Positions 39,701 through 50,409 of a DNA stretch of 64,000 nt are shown one piece after another. The DNA is from an uncultured Verrucomicrobiae bacterium (GTDB taxonomy: Bacteria > Verrucomicrobiota > Verrucomicrobiia > Chthoniobacterales > UBA10450): contig CAVTMK010000002.1 in assembly GCA_963735805.1 (NCBI GenBank), positions 448,001-512,000 on the forward strand. The letters are read 5' to 3'. The first letter of the stretch is position 1. Each line of letters starts with the position of its first letter. A program made the translations under genes and the position numbers. The notes under the pieces were generated by a model, which saw only the letters and a list, made by a program, of their open reading frames with translations, was not told where the DNA came from and did not search any database.

Positions 39701-39852
39701 GGAACGGGAATGGTCACGCCGACCGTGTAACAGTCGCGCTTGGAAGCATCTTCATGGGAATCACCTGTTCGGTTTGCGGCAGCGACAAGGTGATCCGTGC
39801 CGGCGCCTGTGGCGTTTGCACTGAATGCGGCACCAGCCAGGGGTGTAGCTAA
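36706..39852 (+). CDS. nrdJ: Class II (adenosylcobalamin-dependent) ribonucleotide reductase with C-terminal TSCPD-type region and Zn ribbon
   Basis: FNSPVWFN, SACFI, GGKTRRAAKM, TNPCSE, ACNLASLNL, APTGTIS, SGAISKTVN; C-terminal CSVC...CTECG. Start placed downstream of the NrdR boxes. Confidence 0.95.
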   Translation: MIQLKPGIPPASLKGPHEPAVPRRSKADKKKKSGLRFERVFSEGAVAPFDQVEWEQRTAEITDDGGKVIFKQEDIEVPKSWSALATKIAVSKYFYGDIANGTDPYKGGRETSVRQLIHRVTRTIADWGLADGYFADAEAAEVFYDELTWLCLNQYGAFNSPVWFNVGLYHQYGVGKGAGAGNYFYNRETGKAERAASQYEYPQGSACFIQSVHDTMEDIMRLATSEAMLFKYGSGTGTDLSSLRSTREKLSGGGKPSGPLSFLKVYDQVANVVKSGGKTRRAAKMNTLKDWHPDIEEFIDAKQKEEKKAWALIEQGYDGSYNGDAYGSVMYQNENVSVRVSDEFMEAALEGREWWTRRVTDSKPCERKEARTLLRKIAEGTYICGDPGMQFDSTIHKWHTCKGTARQNSTNPCSEYLFLDNTACNLASLNLMKFKTPEGDFDVERFKSAVRIFITAQEIIVDNASYPIKEIAENSHIFRTLGLGYANLGSLIMSYGFGYDSVEGRALCGAITAIMTGEAYEQSARLARAMAPFPGYRDARASGVPKPVAKDNVPSMLEVIELHRGAVCEISDAKEFAHLKKEAAKVWDSAAELGKRYGYRNAQVTVLAPTGTISFLMDCDTTGIEPDIALVKYKLLAGGGMLKIVNQTITPALEKLGYTSEEIERIIAHIDAFDTIEDVTDTDGSTISSGLKPEHLPVFDCAFKPFKGERSLNYLAHLRMMAAAQPFLSGAISKTVNMPEAATVDDIMNTYVEGWRLGLKSVAIYREGSKRSAPLNTRKTKDMGAVAGIDNAGSLDATDTDALQKRILELEQEVASLRGLVDQPVRHRMTDTRMSLTHKFEIAGHEGYITVGLFADGQPGELFITMSKEGSTIGGLMDTVGTLTSIALQYGVPLESLIKKFAYQRFEPSGFTKNPDIRHATSITDYVFRWLGCQFIKGYKEATSPNRGQPDLPLKEILEIEKKAVNRPVSDLARTAEKEVIDVITNHPPGDSESGRQNGNGNGHADRVTVALGSIFMGITCSVCGSDKVIRAGACGVCTECGTSQGCS

Positions 39853-40060
39853 GGACGAAGCTTTAGGCCCTGGACTTTACAGTCCAAGTCCTTGATTGGC
39901 GCAACTGCGATCAAGACAGCTGTCTTGAGGTTCGGACGATCTGATCTTGCAGACTTTTTAAGCGGCCTCAATGTTCGAAAACACAACATTGAGGCACTCG
40001 ATTGGACACACGCGCGCGCATGGCTACAATGCGTCGCCTGTTTTTTCCAAAACAAATTGA

Positions 40061-41845
40061 ATGAATAAGCTCGACGCGCAGCGACAGAAAGAAATTCAAC
40101 AAGCCGAGGAGCTGCTTTTTGCAGGCCCGCAGGCGCTCGGTTTTGCCAAAGGCCTTTTCCAAGGCCACTTCGTTTCCGATTGGGTAATGCCCTATCCGCG
40201 CATCCCGGCGGCGCAACAAGTCGAATTGGACGGAGCTCTTACCGCGCTTCGCCAATTTCTGGACGAGCATCTCGATCCTGCGGAAGTCGACCGGAAAGCG
40301 GATATACCGCGCAGCGTGATTGATGGACTCGGCCGGGTGGGCGTACTCGGCATGACTGCACCCAAGGAATATAGCGGGCACGGATTCTCGCAAATGGCCA
40401 ACTGTAAAATCCTGGAAGAAATTGGTCGCCGCTGTGCATCGACATCGGTTTTCGTGAATGCGCATCACTCTATTGGAATTCGCGCATTATTACTATTTGG
40501 AACGCACGAGCAAAAACAGCGATGGCTTCCAAAGTTGTCGACTGGCGAACAACTGGGCGCATTTGCGCTGACCGAGAAGGAAGCCGGATCAGATGCGGCA
40601 AACGTACAGATGCAAGCGCGACCGAGTGAGGACGGCTCGCATTTTGTTCTTACCGGAGAAAAACGTTACATCACTAACGCCGCGATTGCGGACGTGCTGA
40701 CCGTGATGGCGCGCACGCCGGTGCCCGGATCAGACAAGACCGCGGTCACAGCTTTTCTGGTTACGCCCGACATGCCCGGATTCGAAATGATCGAAGCGCG
40801 GATGCCGAAGATGGGGATCCGTGGCACGGCAACTGGTCGATTCGCGTTGCGTGACGTCAAGGTTCCGAAAGAAAATATTCTGGGCCCGCCGGGCAAGGGC
40901 CTCAAGGTTGCACTGACAGTTCTTGATTTCGGACGCACAACATTCGGCGCTTGTTGCACCGGCGCGGCAAAGACCTGTTTGCGCTTAGCGATCGAACACG
41001 CAAATACGCGGAAACAATTCAACAAAACGCTCGGTAATTTTGATCTGGTCAAAAAGAAAATCGCGCGAATCGCGGCGGATGCGTATGCGATGGAAGCGAT
41101 GACCACGATCACCGCCGCGCTGATTGATCGGGGCCTCGAGGATTACATGCTCGAAACGGCCATGCTAAAAGTGTTCACGACAGAGCGGCTTTGGGAGTGC
41201 ATCAACGACGTTTTTCAGATTTACGGCGGATCGGCGTATTTTGTCGATCTCCCGTTGGAGAGAATGATGCGCGATGCACGCATCAATCAAATCGGCGAAG
41301 GCGCTAACGAAGTACTCACTTCGTTTATCGCACTAGTGGGCATGCGCGGACCGGGTATGGAGTTCAAAGAAATTTACGACACAATGGTGAAACCGACACG
41401 CGAGCGGGGCATCGCAAAAGCGTGGACCGCTGGGAAGCATCGCCTCGGCGCAACCGTGCGGGTTCCCGAGATTCCTGTACGTAGCACCGAGATGCGTTGG
41501 TTCGCCAATCAACTTGGTCGTTTGATCTGGCGTTTCAATATAGCTGTGAACCGGGCACTGATCACCTATCGCGAGCCGATACTGGATATGCAGCTTACGC
41601 AGGAGCGGATCGCAAACGCGTCGATGGACCTGTTTGCGTCAACCTGCGTGCTGAGTCGTCAGGATGCCGAGCTTCAGTTTGCGCAGCGAAATGGCAATTC
41701 TTCCTCGCCGGAACGGTTCGCGGCCGAGTTGTTTTTGCGCCAGTCGTTTCGCCGCATTCGCCATTACCTTGCTGGATTGGCGGACAATGATGATAAATCG
41801 GTGCTTGCGACAGCGAACGCCGTCTTGGGTGAGCCAGGCAGCTAA
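40061..41845 (+). CDS. Acyl-CoA dehydrogenase (VLCAD/ACAD9-like length)
   Basis: FALTEKEAGSDA, GEKRYITN, KMGIRG, RKQF, QIYGG, IGEGANE. Confidence 0.93.
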   Translation: MNKLDAQRQKEIQQAEELLFAGPQALGFAKGLFQGHFVSDWVMPYPRIPAAQQVELDGALTALRQFLDEHLDPAEVDRKADIPRSVIDGLGRVGVLGMTAPKEYSGHGFSQMANCKILEEIGRRCASTSVFVNAHHSIGIRALLLFGTHEQKQRWLPKLSTGEQLGAFALTEKEAGSDAANVQMQARPSEDGSHFVLTGEKRYITNAAIADVLTVMARTPVPGSDKTAVTAFLVTPDMPGFEMIEARMPKMGIRGTATGRFALRDVKVPKENILGPPGKGLKVALTVLDFGRTTFGACCTGAAKTCLRLAIEHANTRKQFNKTLGNFDLVKKKIARIAADAYAMEAMTTITAALIDRGLEDYMLETAMLKVFTTERLWECINDVFQIYGGSAYFVDLPLERMMRDARINQIGEGANEVLTSFIALVGMRGPGMEFKEIYDTMVKPTRERGIAKAWTAGKHRLGATVRVPEIPVRSTEMRWFANQLGRLIWRFNIAVNRALITYREPILDMQLTQERIANASMDLFASTCVLSRQDAELQFAQRNGNSSSPERFAAELFLRQSFRRIRHYLAGLADNDDKSVLATANAVLGEPGS

Positions 41846-42039
41846 CTCCGAAAGCGTTGGCGGATAAAATTTGGCCGCGCGTCATTATCCGTAGTATGCG
41901 GGCAGCCAAAAAAACATAACTATCGAAAAGTTTGGCACGCGATTGCGCCAGATCGTTGCCTGGCGCGCAAAAATATAAGAGCCTTTCCGCGTTGCCTTAG
42001 CGGCAGCACGCCAGCGTCGGCGAAATCTTCGGAGGTTTA

Positions 42040-42315
42040 TTATCTCCCCGTAAGATGGCCTAAAATAGTCATGTGGGTGGCCGTAGTCGGAATTGCAGCG
42101 AGCCGATCGCAAGGTTGCGGGATTCTGGAACCTCCTGCCACAGTGTAGCACATCTTCTTTGTGGTCTTGGCGACCGACTGTGGTTGTGCCCGGAGCACCA
42201 CGTCCTTGCTCGGATCATTAGCAAATGCCGATGCGCAAAACGCGAACGCAAGCACAACGCTTACGCATCGGACCGACCAACCGCCCACGCGACTTGGTCT
42301 GCCTAGTCTTTTCAC
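42040..42315 (-). CDS. Small secreted hypothetical protein (start uncertain)
   Basis: Signal-like VVLAFAFCASAFA; mature part with GSRIPQ and two Cys. Confidence 0.5.
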   Translation of the reverse strand: MKRLGRPSRVGGWSVRCVSVVLAFAFCASAFANDPSKDVVLRAQPQSVAKTTKKMCYTVAGGSRIPQPCDRLAAIPTTATHMTILGHLTGR

Positions 42316-42414
42316 GGCCTAAGCGTGGTGCCGCTTCGAATTTTTAGCAAGCCAATTCGCCCGTTGTTTTAGGACACAAATCCGTTTTCTTGCGCCGGGA
42401 TGATCTCTTAGAGA

Positions 42415-44868
42415 TTAATCTGTCCAAAGAAAATGCTCGAGACGAAGATTGGTAAGACGCGCTCTTGCTTCTTCGCTGCGATTGCCTCCAGCGGCAGCAA
42501 GTTTCTCGTAGATAGCAGCGGCAGATTCCCACTTCGAGTCTTCTTCCAACAGGCGCGCAGCGTTAAAGCCAGCCTTATAATACCAGAAGAGTTCGCGCCG
42601 CCGATCCGGGCGCACGTCTTCCTCCAGTATTTTGTAAAACGCAGTGAGCGCACTGGCGCGATCGTTTTTCTTCTCCAGGCATAGCCCTTTCTTAAAAAGA
42701 GCTTGGTTGCGCCAGTGAATCGCCTCGTCCTTGTCGGCTGCAAGCTGGTCATAGACTTCGATCGCACGCTGGTAGTTAGTTGGATCAGTTGCGCCCATCT
42801 CAAAAAAAATATCGCCCTTCCCGCAGAGCGCCTCGCGTTTTTCGGACGGTCCGGCGTCACTCTTTAACACCTCCTCGTACAGGGCGAGAGCGTCCTTTGG
42901 CTTTCCAAGCCTGCGCTCGATCACGGCCTGCTCGTTGCGTGCCGCCCATCGAAGTGGTCCGTTTTGCCGGACCACCTGATCGAACAGAATAATCGCCCGG
43001 TCGAGGGAATGCTCACCCATGGTGGACTTTGCCGATTCTGCCGCGAAGAAGAGAGCCTTTTCACCGAGTGAATTATCGGAAGTCTGTTGCGCAATAAGTT
43101 CAAATTGTGTCTGTGCGTCTGCGAAATCCTGGCTTCGGTAATAAAGCTCGGACAACTTCATTCTAACCTCCGGAGCGAACGTCGAAGTTCCATGTTTTTC
43201 GAGGAAGCGCTTTGCAAGCTCAATAACCTTCGCCTCGTTGCCGCCTGCTGATTCCTCAATCCAGATGTCGAGATAGTCTCCGCGTTCTGCGGCAGCAACC
43301 GTTGGCGATTCGGCTGCGCGAGTCAGATATTTGCGCGCTTCATCGAGGCGCGGTGGAGAGGCATGAAAGGCTAGCTCCGCCAGACTGACTAAGGCTTCCG
43401 ATACGCGGGGATTTTTGGGAAAATCATGAACAAACTGTTGCAGCGATCTCTCGGCTTTTTCGTCGCCTCGTGCCGCTTGCGCCACGCCTTCCTCCAATCG
43501 CAAGTCGGCACGCGCCTCTTCCTCGCCGCCTGCTTTTTCCAATTCGTTATAGTCAGTTAGAAAACGCGTATGGTCGCCGAGTTGAAGCCAGCCCGTAGAT
43601 GCATTGAAAAGCGCAGTCTTTGCCCACGGCGAACGGGAATGGGCTATTTGTTCAAAGCCCGCCGCAGCCCGGTCAAATCGTCTCGCAAGGTACTGCGCTT
43701 GCGCGGATAAGAAATCTATTCGGGTCAGCAACGACGGCTCGGGATGAAACGAGCGAGCTTCGTCCAAAATCGAAATCGCCTCGTCGAACTGTTTGTCCTC
43801 GATTTCAAATTGTGCGAACTCGAGCAAAGCAGGTGCGATCGCCTGAGATTTTATACTCGTGTGGCGAAGGTCGGTGAATAATTGTCGAGCTCGCTCCCTG
43901 CGTCCCGCGCGAATTTCGAATCGGGCGAGGTACCATCGCGCAAATGTTCGTCGTGGTTGTTCGGGACTGCGCACCCATCTCTCCAGTTCGTTGCGGGATG
44001 GCTTGTGTTCGGCCTGATACAGCTCATCCAGTCTTGCGAAAAGATGAGGAAGGTCCGGGTCTGCCGGATGACGATCAATGAATTGCTCGATGATATCGTC
44101 CGCAATTTCCGGCGTTTTTAGCTGCATTTGCGCTTCTGCGATGCCTAAGACGGCTGAGATTAACGCGGAGTGAGCTGTTCCGGCTGGTCTTTTCAAAAGG
44201 CCTTGAAAAATGCCGATCGCTCTTTCAGGTCGCCGCTCCATTAGTTCAAGACGTCCACGCAACACCCGGCGTTCTCTTCGCTCGGCGATCGATATTGGTT
44301 GCACCTTTTCCAGAAGTCGGCGCGCGCTGTTAGCATCACCTGTTTCAATGTACAATTCTGCTGCTCGCAGTTGCGCTCGCGTGCCCCACTCCTTGTCATG
44401 GATGAGAAGCGTAAATTTCTTCAATGCCTCGTCTTGTTTTCCCAACGCCCGCAGCATTTCGGCAGCCCCAAATATTGCTGCAGTGCGAAATGGTGACCTC
44501 TCGCTGTTGGCCAGTTGCTCGTAAAGTGGCAGGGCCTCGGCCCATTGATGCAGACTCGCGAACGCCTGGGCGCGCCAGAATTTCGCCCATGCCAGATCCC
44601 GCACCCGAATGTCTGCCAGCAAAGCCAGGGCATTCTCCGGCTGCTTTGCAGCTATTTGCGCTTCGGCAAGCTTTTCCATCACTGCGCGCCATTCAGGTTC
44701 GCGCAGATTGTTGTTCAACAGCGCTTGTAATCGTACCACCGCCACTTCCGGCACCCCTTCCGCAATGGGCGCGCTCGCCTCGGCAAATTCGCTGGCAATG
44801 TCCGCATGGGCCAATTGCGTGAGCATGCTCATCAGACATATCAGTCCTAGGCGCGTCATGTGACTCAT
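42415..44868 (-). CDS. Secreted tetratricopeptide repeat protein
   Basis: Signal peptide (AHA), many TPR-like helical repeats; ATGA overlap with the uvrA stop. Confidence 0.85.
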   Translation of the reverse strand: MSHMTRLGLICLMSMLTQLAHADIASEFAEASAPIAEGVPEVAVVRLQALLNNNLREPEWRAVMEKLAEAQIAAKQPENALALLADIRVRDLAWAKFWRAQAFASLHQWAEALPLYEQLANSERSPFRTAAIFGAAEMLRALGKQDEALKKFTLLIHDKEWGTRAQLRAAELYIETGDANSARRLLEKVQPISIAERRERRVLRGRLELMERRPERAIGIFQGLLKRPAGTAHSALISAVLGIAEAQMQLKTPEIADDIIEQFIDRHPADPDLPHLFARLDELYQAEHKPSRNELERWVRSPEQPRRTFARWYLARFEIRAGRRERARQLFTDLRHTSIKSQAIAPALLEFAQFEIEDKQFDEAISILDEARSFHPEPSLLTRIDFLSAQAQYLARRFDRAAAGFEQIAHSRSPWAKTALFNASTGWLQLGDHTRFLTDYNELEKAGGEEEARADLRLEEGVAQAARGDEKAERSLQQFVHDFPKNPRVSEALVSLAELAFHASPPRLDEARKYLTRAAESPTVAAAERGDYLDIWIEESAGGNEAKVIELAKRFLEKHGTSTFAPEVRMKLSELYYRSQDFADAQTQFELIAQQTSDNSLGEKALFFAAESAKSTMGEHSLDRAIILFDQVVRQNGPLRWAARNEQAVIERRLGKPKDALALYEEVLKSDAGPSEKREALCGKGDIFFEMGATDPTNYQRAIEVYDQLAADKDEAIHWRNQALFKKGLCLEKKNDRASALTAFYKILEEDVRPDRRRELFWYYKAGFNAARLLEEDSKWESAAAIYEKLAAAGGNRSEEARARLTNLRLEHFLWTD

Positions 44869-47828
44869 GTGTTCTTCAATAAACGGCGCAGATATTGTCC
44901 GGTGTAGCTAGCAGGCAGCTCGGCAATCGTCTCCGGTGGACCTGCGCCAACAATTTCGCCGCCACGCTCTCCACCTTCAGGCCCCAGGTCAACGATCCAG
45001 TCCGCGCATTTGATCATCTCCAAATTATGTTCGATCACGATCACGGTGTTACCCGCGTTGCGCAGTTTCGTTAGCACGTGCAGTAGTTTCTCGATATCGG
45101 CGAAATGCAACCCGGTTGTTGGTTCATCCAGGATGTAAAGCGTGCGGCCAGTCGCCTTTTTCGCAAGCTCCGTTGCCAGTTTCACGCGCTGGGCTTCTCC
45201 GCCAGAAAGGGTCGTTCCGGCCTGACCAAGTCGCAGATAACCCAGACCTACGTCCAAGAGGGAATTTAATTTTTCGGAGATGCTGGGCACGTTTCGGAAG
45301 AAACGGGCTGCTTCGTCGACGGTCAGATCGAGGACGTCCGCGATGTGCTTGCCTTTATAGGTAATCTCAAGGGTTTCGCGGTTATAGCGTTTGCCGTGGC
45401 ACACTTCGCATTCGACATAAACGTCAGGCAAAAAGTGCATCTCGATCTTGATTAGCCCATCGCCTTCGCAATTTTCGCAACGGCCGCCTTTAACGTTAAA
45501 GCTGAAACGCCCCGCACCATAACCGCGCACGCGCGCGGCAGGAAGTTGGCTGAACAATTCGCGAATCGGAGCAAACGCACCCGTGTAGGTTACCGGGTTC
45601 GATCGCGGTGTTCGTCCAATTGGGCTTTGATCGATCACAATTGCCTTGTCGATTTGTTCCACTCCGCGAATCGACCGATGAGAGCCCGGCTTTTCCTTGG
45701 CACGATAGAAACGCCGAAAGAGAGCACGTTTTAGAATGTCGTCCACCAAGGTGGATTTGCCGCTTCCGGAAACGCCGGTCACACAAGTGAAACAACCGAG
45801 CGGAAAAGAGACAGTAACATTTTTCAAATTGTTTTCCGTCGCGCCTACCAGTGTCAGCCAGCCTTCAGATTCGTCGGTCGATCGCGGTTTGGCTCGGTGT
45901 TTGGGAATGGCAATTCGAGCACGGCCGGAAAGATAATCGGCCGTCAAGGAATTCTTCGCGCGCAGAACGTTTTCGAGTTTACCTTGCGCGACAATTTCGC
46001 CTCCGCGCGGACCCGCACCTGGGCCAAGATCGATAATGTGATCCGCCGCGCGTATTGTTTCTTCGTCGTGCTCGACCACAATTACGGAATTGCCGAGGTC
46101 ACGAAGACGGCAAAGCGTCCCCAGCAGCCGTGCATTGTCGCGCTGATGCAATCCAATGCTTGGTTCATCCAAAATGTAAAGGACTCCCGCCAGCCCGGAG
46201 CCAATCTGTGTTGCCAACCGGATCCGCTGCGCTTCGCCGCCGGAGAGTGTCCCGCTCTGGCGATTGAGCGTGACGTACCCCAAACCGACTTCGATGAGGA
46301 ATTCCAAGCGGGATTCGATCTCGCGCACAACGTCGCTGACGATGGTCCGTTGCTGCGTAGTCAGCTGAAGAGTCGCAATGAAGCTGGCGGCGCCCTCGGT
46401 CGTCAGTTCGCTAAGCTGGTGAATGTTCAATTCGCGTGTGTGCTGATCTTTTAAGGTGACCGCCAAAATTTCCGGTTTGAGCCTCGCACCCTTGCACACT
46501 TTGCATGGCTCGTACGTCATGAACGCTCGAATTCGGCTGCGAGTGAATTCGCTTTGAGTCTGTTCGTAGAGTCGCTGCATCTGCGGCACGAGTCCCTCGA
46601 ATGGTTTCGCAGCTTTGGCTTCGCCGTTGTCGCTGAAATCCATTTGAATTGGCGTTCCATTTGTGCCGAAGTAAAGCGCTTGTTTGAATGGTTCCGGCAG
46701 GTCGTTGAAAGGCACGTCTTCATCGATGTGGAAGTGCTTCACGAGTGCCTTTTGCAGGTGCCGGTAGTATGCCTGCATTCGCTTCGTGCCACGCCGCCAT
46801 GGCGTGATTGCGCCTTCGCCCAGTGTTTTGTCGCGATCGGCGATCATTAGTTCTGGATCACAAACCAATTGTGTACCAAGTCCGTGACAGGCTGGGCATG
46901 CCCCGAGGTGGCTGTTGAAGGAGAAATGTCTCGGCGTTAGCTCGCTAATCTTGAATCCAGTCTCGGGATTTCCGTAGTCAGTTGAGTAATGCAGTTCCTC
47001 ACACACCTCGCCGGATTCGGCGTCGGACACCTGCTCGCGGCCTGTCGGAGTTGAGCTCCCTGCTCGCGAATCCGTGCGGAGTTGGGTGTTTGCCGTTTTC
47101 GAGCTTTCCCGCAATATGATGATGTGGTTCCCGCCCCATTTAAGTGCAGTTTCAATTGAATCGGTAAGACGGATGCGGATGCCATCGCGCACTACCAAAC
47201 GATCTACCACCGCCTCGATGGTGTGCCGCTTGTTCTTGTTTAGTCGAATCCGCTCCGGGCTATCCAACTCCATGATCTGACCGTCAATCCGTACACGCAC
47301 GAATCCTTCGCGCCTGAGCTTTTCAATTACATCACGGAATTCGCCGGGTTGATCGTTAATCACTGGCGCCAGTAGAATGATTTTCGACTCCGGCTCATAA
47401 CCGAGAATTTGATCGACAATTTGCTGAGGGGTTTGCCGGCTCAACGGCTGCCCCGTCAATGGGTCGTGCGGCTGACCTGCAGCCGAAAAGAGCACCCGCA
47501 GATAATCGTAAATTTCCGTGGTCGTTGCGATCGTCGATCTTGGGTTGGCTCCGGCACTGCGCTGCTCGATTGCGATGGCGGGTGAAAGTCCCTGGATGAA
47601 ATCCACGTTTGGCTTTTCCATGCGATCAAGAAATTGCCGTGCATAAGCCGAGAGGCTTTCGACGTAGCGGCGTTGTCCCTCGGCATAAAGAGTGTCGAAA
47701 GCCAGCGAGGATTTCCCCGAACCACTCAAGCCAGTAATAACAACCAGCTTTTCCCGTGGAATCTCCACATCGAGATTTTTGAGATTGTGCTGGCGGGCAC
47801 CGCTAATTTTGATAACTTCTGCAGGCAT
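44865..47828 (-). CDS. uvrA: Excinuclease ABC subunit A
   Basis: [14 protein letters not shown], two LSGGEAQR signatures, GVSGSGKST, Zn fingers. Confidence 0.98.
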   Translation of the reverse strand: MPAEVIKISGARQHNLKNLDVEIPREKLVVITGLSGSGKSSLAFDTLYAEGQRRYVESLSAYARQFLDRMEKPNVDFIQGLSPAIAIEQRSAGANPRSTIATTTEIYDYLRVLFSAAGQPHDPLTGQPLSRQTPQQIVDQILGYEPESKIILLAPVINDQPGEFRDVIEKLRREGFVRVRIDGQIMELDSPERIRLNKNKRHTIEAVVDRLVVRDGIRIRLTDSIETALKWGGNHIIILRESSKTANTQLRTDSRAGSSTPTGREQVSDAESGEVCEELHYSTDYGNPETGFKISELTPRHFSFNSHLGACPACHGLGTQLVCDPELMIADRDKTLGEGAITPWRRGTKRMQAYYRHLQKALVKHFHIDEDVPFNDLPEPFKQALYFGTNGTPIQMDFSDNGEAKAAKPFEGLVPQMQRLYEQTQSEFTRSRIRAFMTYEPCKVCKGARLKPEILAVTLKDQHTRELNIHQLSELTTEGAASFIATLQLTTQQRTIVSDVVREIESRLEFLIEVGLGYVTLNRQSGTLSGGEAQRIRLATQIGSGLAGVLYILDEPSIGLHQRDNARLLGTLCRLRDLGNSVIVVEHDEETIRAADHIIDLGPGAGPRGGEIVAQGKLENVLRAKNSLTADYLSGRARIAIPKHRAKPRSTDESEGWLTLVGATENNLKNVTVSFPLGCFTCVTGVSGSGKSTLVDDILKRALFRRFYRAKEKPGSHRSIRGVEQIDKAIVIDQSPIGRTPRSNPVTYTGAFAPIRELFSQLPAARVRGYGAGRFSFNVKGGRCENCEGDGLIKIEMHFLPDVYVECEVCHGKRYNRETLEITYKGKHIADVLDLTVDEAARFFRNVPSISEKLNSLLDVGLGYLRLGQAGTTLSGGEAQRVKLATELAKKATGRTLYILDEPTTGLHFADIEKLLHVLTKLRNAGNTVIVIEHNLEMIKCADWIVDLGPEGGERGGEIVGAGPPETIAELPASYTGQYLRRLLKNT

Positions 47829-47947
47829 TCTGACCAGAAACGTCGAACCTTCCAGTTAAGCACAAGCGTGCTTTTTCTCCAGCTAAATTGCGCAATCGAA
47901 AGTACGGCACAATGCTTGTTACCTCGGGACTGTGTGCGTGTTAAGGA

Positions 47948-48646
47948 ATGAAAGTCTCAGTCGTCATTCCCTGTTACAACGAAAAGAGCACGATCGAAAA
48001 GATCGTGGAGGCAGTTCGCAATGCTTCGCTCGAATGCACCGAGATCATTGTAGTGGATGATTGCTCGCAAGATGGGACGAGGAGCGTGCTTCAGCAAAGG
48101 CTTTCGCAGGTCGTTGATCGTATTATCTATCATCCGGTGAACCGTGGAAAGGGAGCGGCGTTACGCAGCGGTTTTGCGGCCGCGACCGGCGATATCATCT
48201 TGGTTCAGGATGCAGATCTTGAATATGATCCGGCAGATTATCCGGCGCTCCTGGAGCCGCTGATTTCAGGTAAAGCGGATGCCGTTTTTGGTTCCCGATT
48301 CATGGGTGGAAGACCACATCGCGTCCTTTTCTTCTGGCACATGGTGGCCAACAAATTTTTGACCATGCTCTCCAATGTATTCACCAATATCAATCTTACG
48401 GACGTGGAAACGGGCTACAAAGCGTTCAACGCCACTGTTATTAAATCGATTCAAATCGAAGAAGACGGTTTTGGAGTTGAACCCGAAATTATCGCCAAAC
48501 TTGCCCGAAAAGGCTGTAGACTGTACGAAGTGGGGATCTCCTACAGCGGACGGACTTATGCGGAAGGAAAGAAGATCAATTGGAAGGATGGCGTGAGAGC
48601 AATTTACGTCATTCTTAAATACAATTTGGGGCCGAGTCGGCATTGA
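47948..48646 (+). CDS. GT2 polyprenyl-phosphate glycosyltransferase (DPM1-like)
   Basis: SVVIPCYNE, VDDCSQDGT, NRGKGAA, QDADLEYDP, GSRF, TDVETGYK. Confidence 0.92.
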   Translation: MKVSVVIPCYNEKSTIEKIVEAVRNASLECTEIIVVDDCSQDGTRSVLQQRLSQVVDRIIYHPVNRGKGAALRSGFAAATGDIILVQDADLEYDPADYPALLEPLISGKADAVFGSRFMGGRPHRVLFFWHMVANKFLTMLSNVFTNINLTDVETGYKAFNATVIKSIQIEEDGFGVEPEIIAKLARKGCRLYEVGISYSGRTYAEGKKINWKDGVRAIYVILKYNLGPSRH

Positions 48647-48668
48647 CGGCGAAGAACGCAGCGGCTTC

Positions 48669-50219
48669 TTACCTCTTACTTCTTTTCCTTAGCAGCGTGA
48701 AACGGCCGCGGCGGTCAATTAATACGTAGTCGTTGAGCCGAATTCCAGATTCCGCGCTAATTTTCTCCGCGCTGATTCTGAAGGGCGCGTAGGGGTCAGC
48801 GCTATCGCCAAGGATCCAGATCGGCGCAGGCCGGCCATATAGTCGGTCTAGCCAGAAGAGGTTTCGGTTATGCGCGTAGCGAAAAAGCATAGCTGAAGCA
48901 ATGACCGGTTCCCCGGGTTTGCCCTCACGAAGATAGCGAGCGAACACGGCGTCAGCCTGTTGGCGCTCGGATGACGAGTAAAGGCTGGTCGAACGAAGAA
49001 GGTACGCACCGCGAGCAAACCACGGCACGAGTAAGAGTTGTGCAAATGCCGCCAGTGCTGCGGTTCCAATTGCAGTTGCAACTATTGTGGACCGCATCCG
49101 CTTACCGCAGCACAGTACAAACCGCACAATCGAAGCAAAACCTACCAATGTGATACACCACAGCAGTGCCTGGGCCGTAAAAAATCGTCGCGCCACCAGG
49201 AGGTCATTCCTATCCATTAGCCATGCGATGACAGTTGTGGGGAGGCCAAGGGCCAAGTAATACGGGCGCAACAAGATTGTTCCAAAACTACCTACAATCA
49301 TGACCCACAGCCACTGACGAACAGTGCCACTCCCAAGCCAATCGCCAATATTGGATGCGACAAAAGTAAAAAGCGCTCCGGGGCCGGATAAACTTCCGGG
49401 CGCCACGACTCCGAGGCGATCAATCGAATGACCAGACAGGCGATCAACGGGGTGACCAGCGTACGCTATCGGCGATTGCGACCAGGAAATCGCCAGCAAA
49501 AATGGTATGGCGGAAACCGACAGGAGAAGCGCGATCGCCGCAGGCCAGTTGAAGCGATCACGCACGCACTTGCCGGGTGAAGCCATCCATGTCTCAACTC
49601 CTGCTACCATCGCTACCATCGCCGCAGCAATCGGTGCATCCTCCTTCACGCTGATGACAGCGAGTGTTGTCGCAATCGAGAGCAACATTCGCTGCTGAAG
49701 CAGGAAGTAAAACAGGGCTAAACACAACGCCGGAGCGAGCAGCTCGACTTGGAACCCCCAGCCAGCCTCTTGATAGAAAAAAATCGAAAGTGGGCAGAGC
49801 AGCATCGCCCCGGCTGCGATTAACGCGATAGGACCGGCAACGCCAAGTAGGCGCAATATACGTATCGCGAAGAAGTAAGTGGCTCCTACCGACGCGGCAA
49901 GGACAAATAGTAAACCGGGAGCGCCCAAGGGCTTCGCGATAAGCCCGAGCGGCACAAGCATAAAATAGGTGTGAATCGCAAGTATGTTTCCAAAACAGTT
50001 GTCTTGGAGAATCCCTTTTCCATCGAGCCAGCTCCGCGCAGCCTGAACGCTTATGAAGAGGTCCCCTGAATAGCCAAGATCGTAGAACGTCTTGAGCTTA
50101 AGAGCGAAAACCCAAGCGACAGTAAAGAGAGTAAGCCCGAGAGCAACAAAATCCCAGCGATCCCATGGCGCCGCCGTTTCCACCTTTGACGTAAACAGCT
50201 TTCTCCAGTGAAACCGCAT
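48669..50219 (-). CDS. Polytopic membrane protein, GT-C-like (DUF2079-like)
   Basis: About ten TM segments, YSGDL after TM1, LAIH, FQVE, VKED. Confidence 0.6.
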   Translation of the reverse strand: MRFHWRKLFTSKVETAAPWDRWDFVALGLTLFTVAWVFALKLKTFYDLGYSGDLFISVQAARSWLDGKGILQDNCFGNILAIHTYFMLVPLGLIAKPLGAPGLLFVLAASVGATYFFAIRILRLLGVAGPIALIAAGAMLLCPLSIFFYQEAGWGFQVELLAPALCLALFYFLLQQRMLLSIATTLAVISVKEDAPIAAAMVAMVAGVETWMASPGKCVRDRFNWPAAIALLLSVSAIPFLLAISWSQSPIAYAGHPVDRLSGHSIDRLGVVAPGSLSGPGALFTFVASNIGDWLGSGTVRQWLWVMIVGSFGTILLRPYYLALGLPTTVIAWLMDRNDLLVARRFFTAQALLWCITLVGFASIVRFVLCCGKRMRSTIVATAIGTAALAAFAQLLLVPWFARGAYLLRSTSLYSSSERQQADAVFARYLREGKPGEPVIASAMLFRYAHNRNLFWLDRLYGRPAPIWILGDSADPYAPFRISAEKISAESGIRLNDYVLIDRRGRFTLLRKRSKR

Positions 50220-50409
50220 CGGACGAACCTATGGCTTCCCAATATCTTTTCCAATTCGATATCCTAACGCACGTATTTATTGCTATGAGAACGGCTGATT
50301 TTGTTGTGATTTACCTTCGAAAATAGCAAATCATCCGAAAGTCTCCATCGGCTCTCGTATCGGTAGCCTTACTACAAGTTAGTGTCGAAAATTTCAGTCC
50401 TGCGTCGTG

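Noticed and set aside
41933..41948. Sigma54 promoter TGGCACGCGATTGC
   Set aside because: GG-to-GC spacing is 9 nt rather than the required 10
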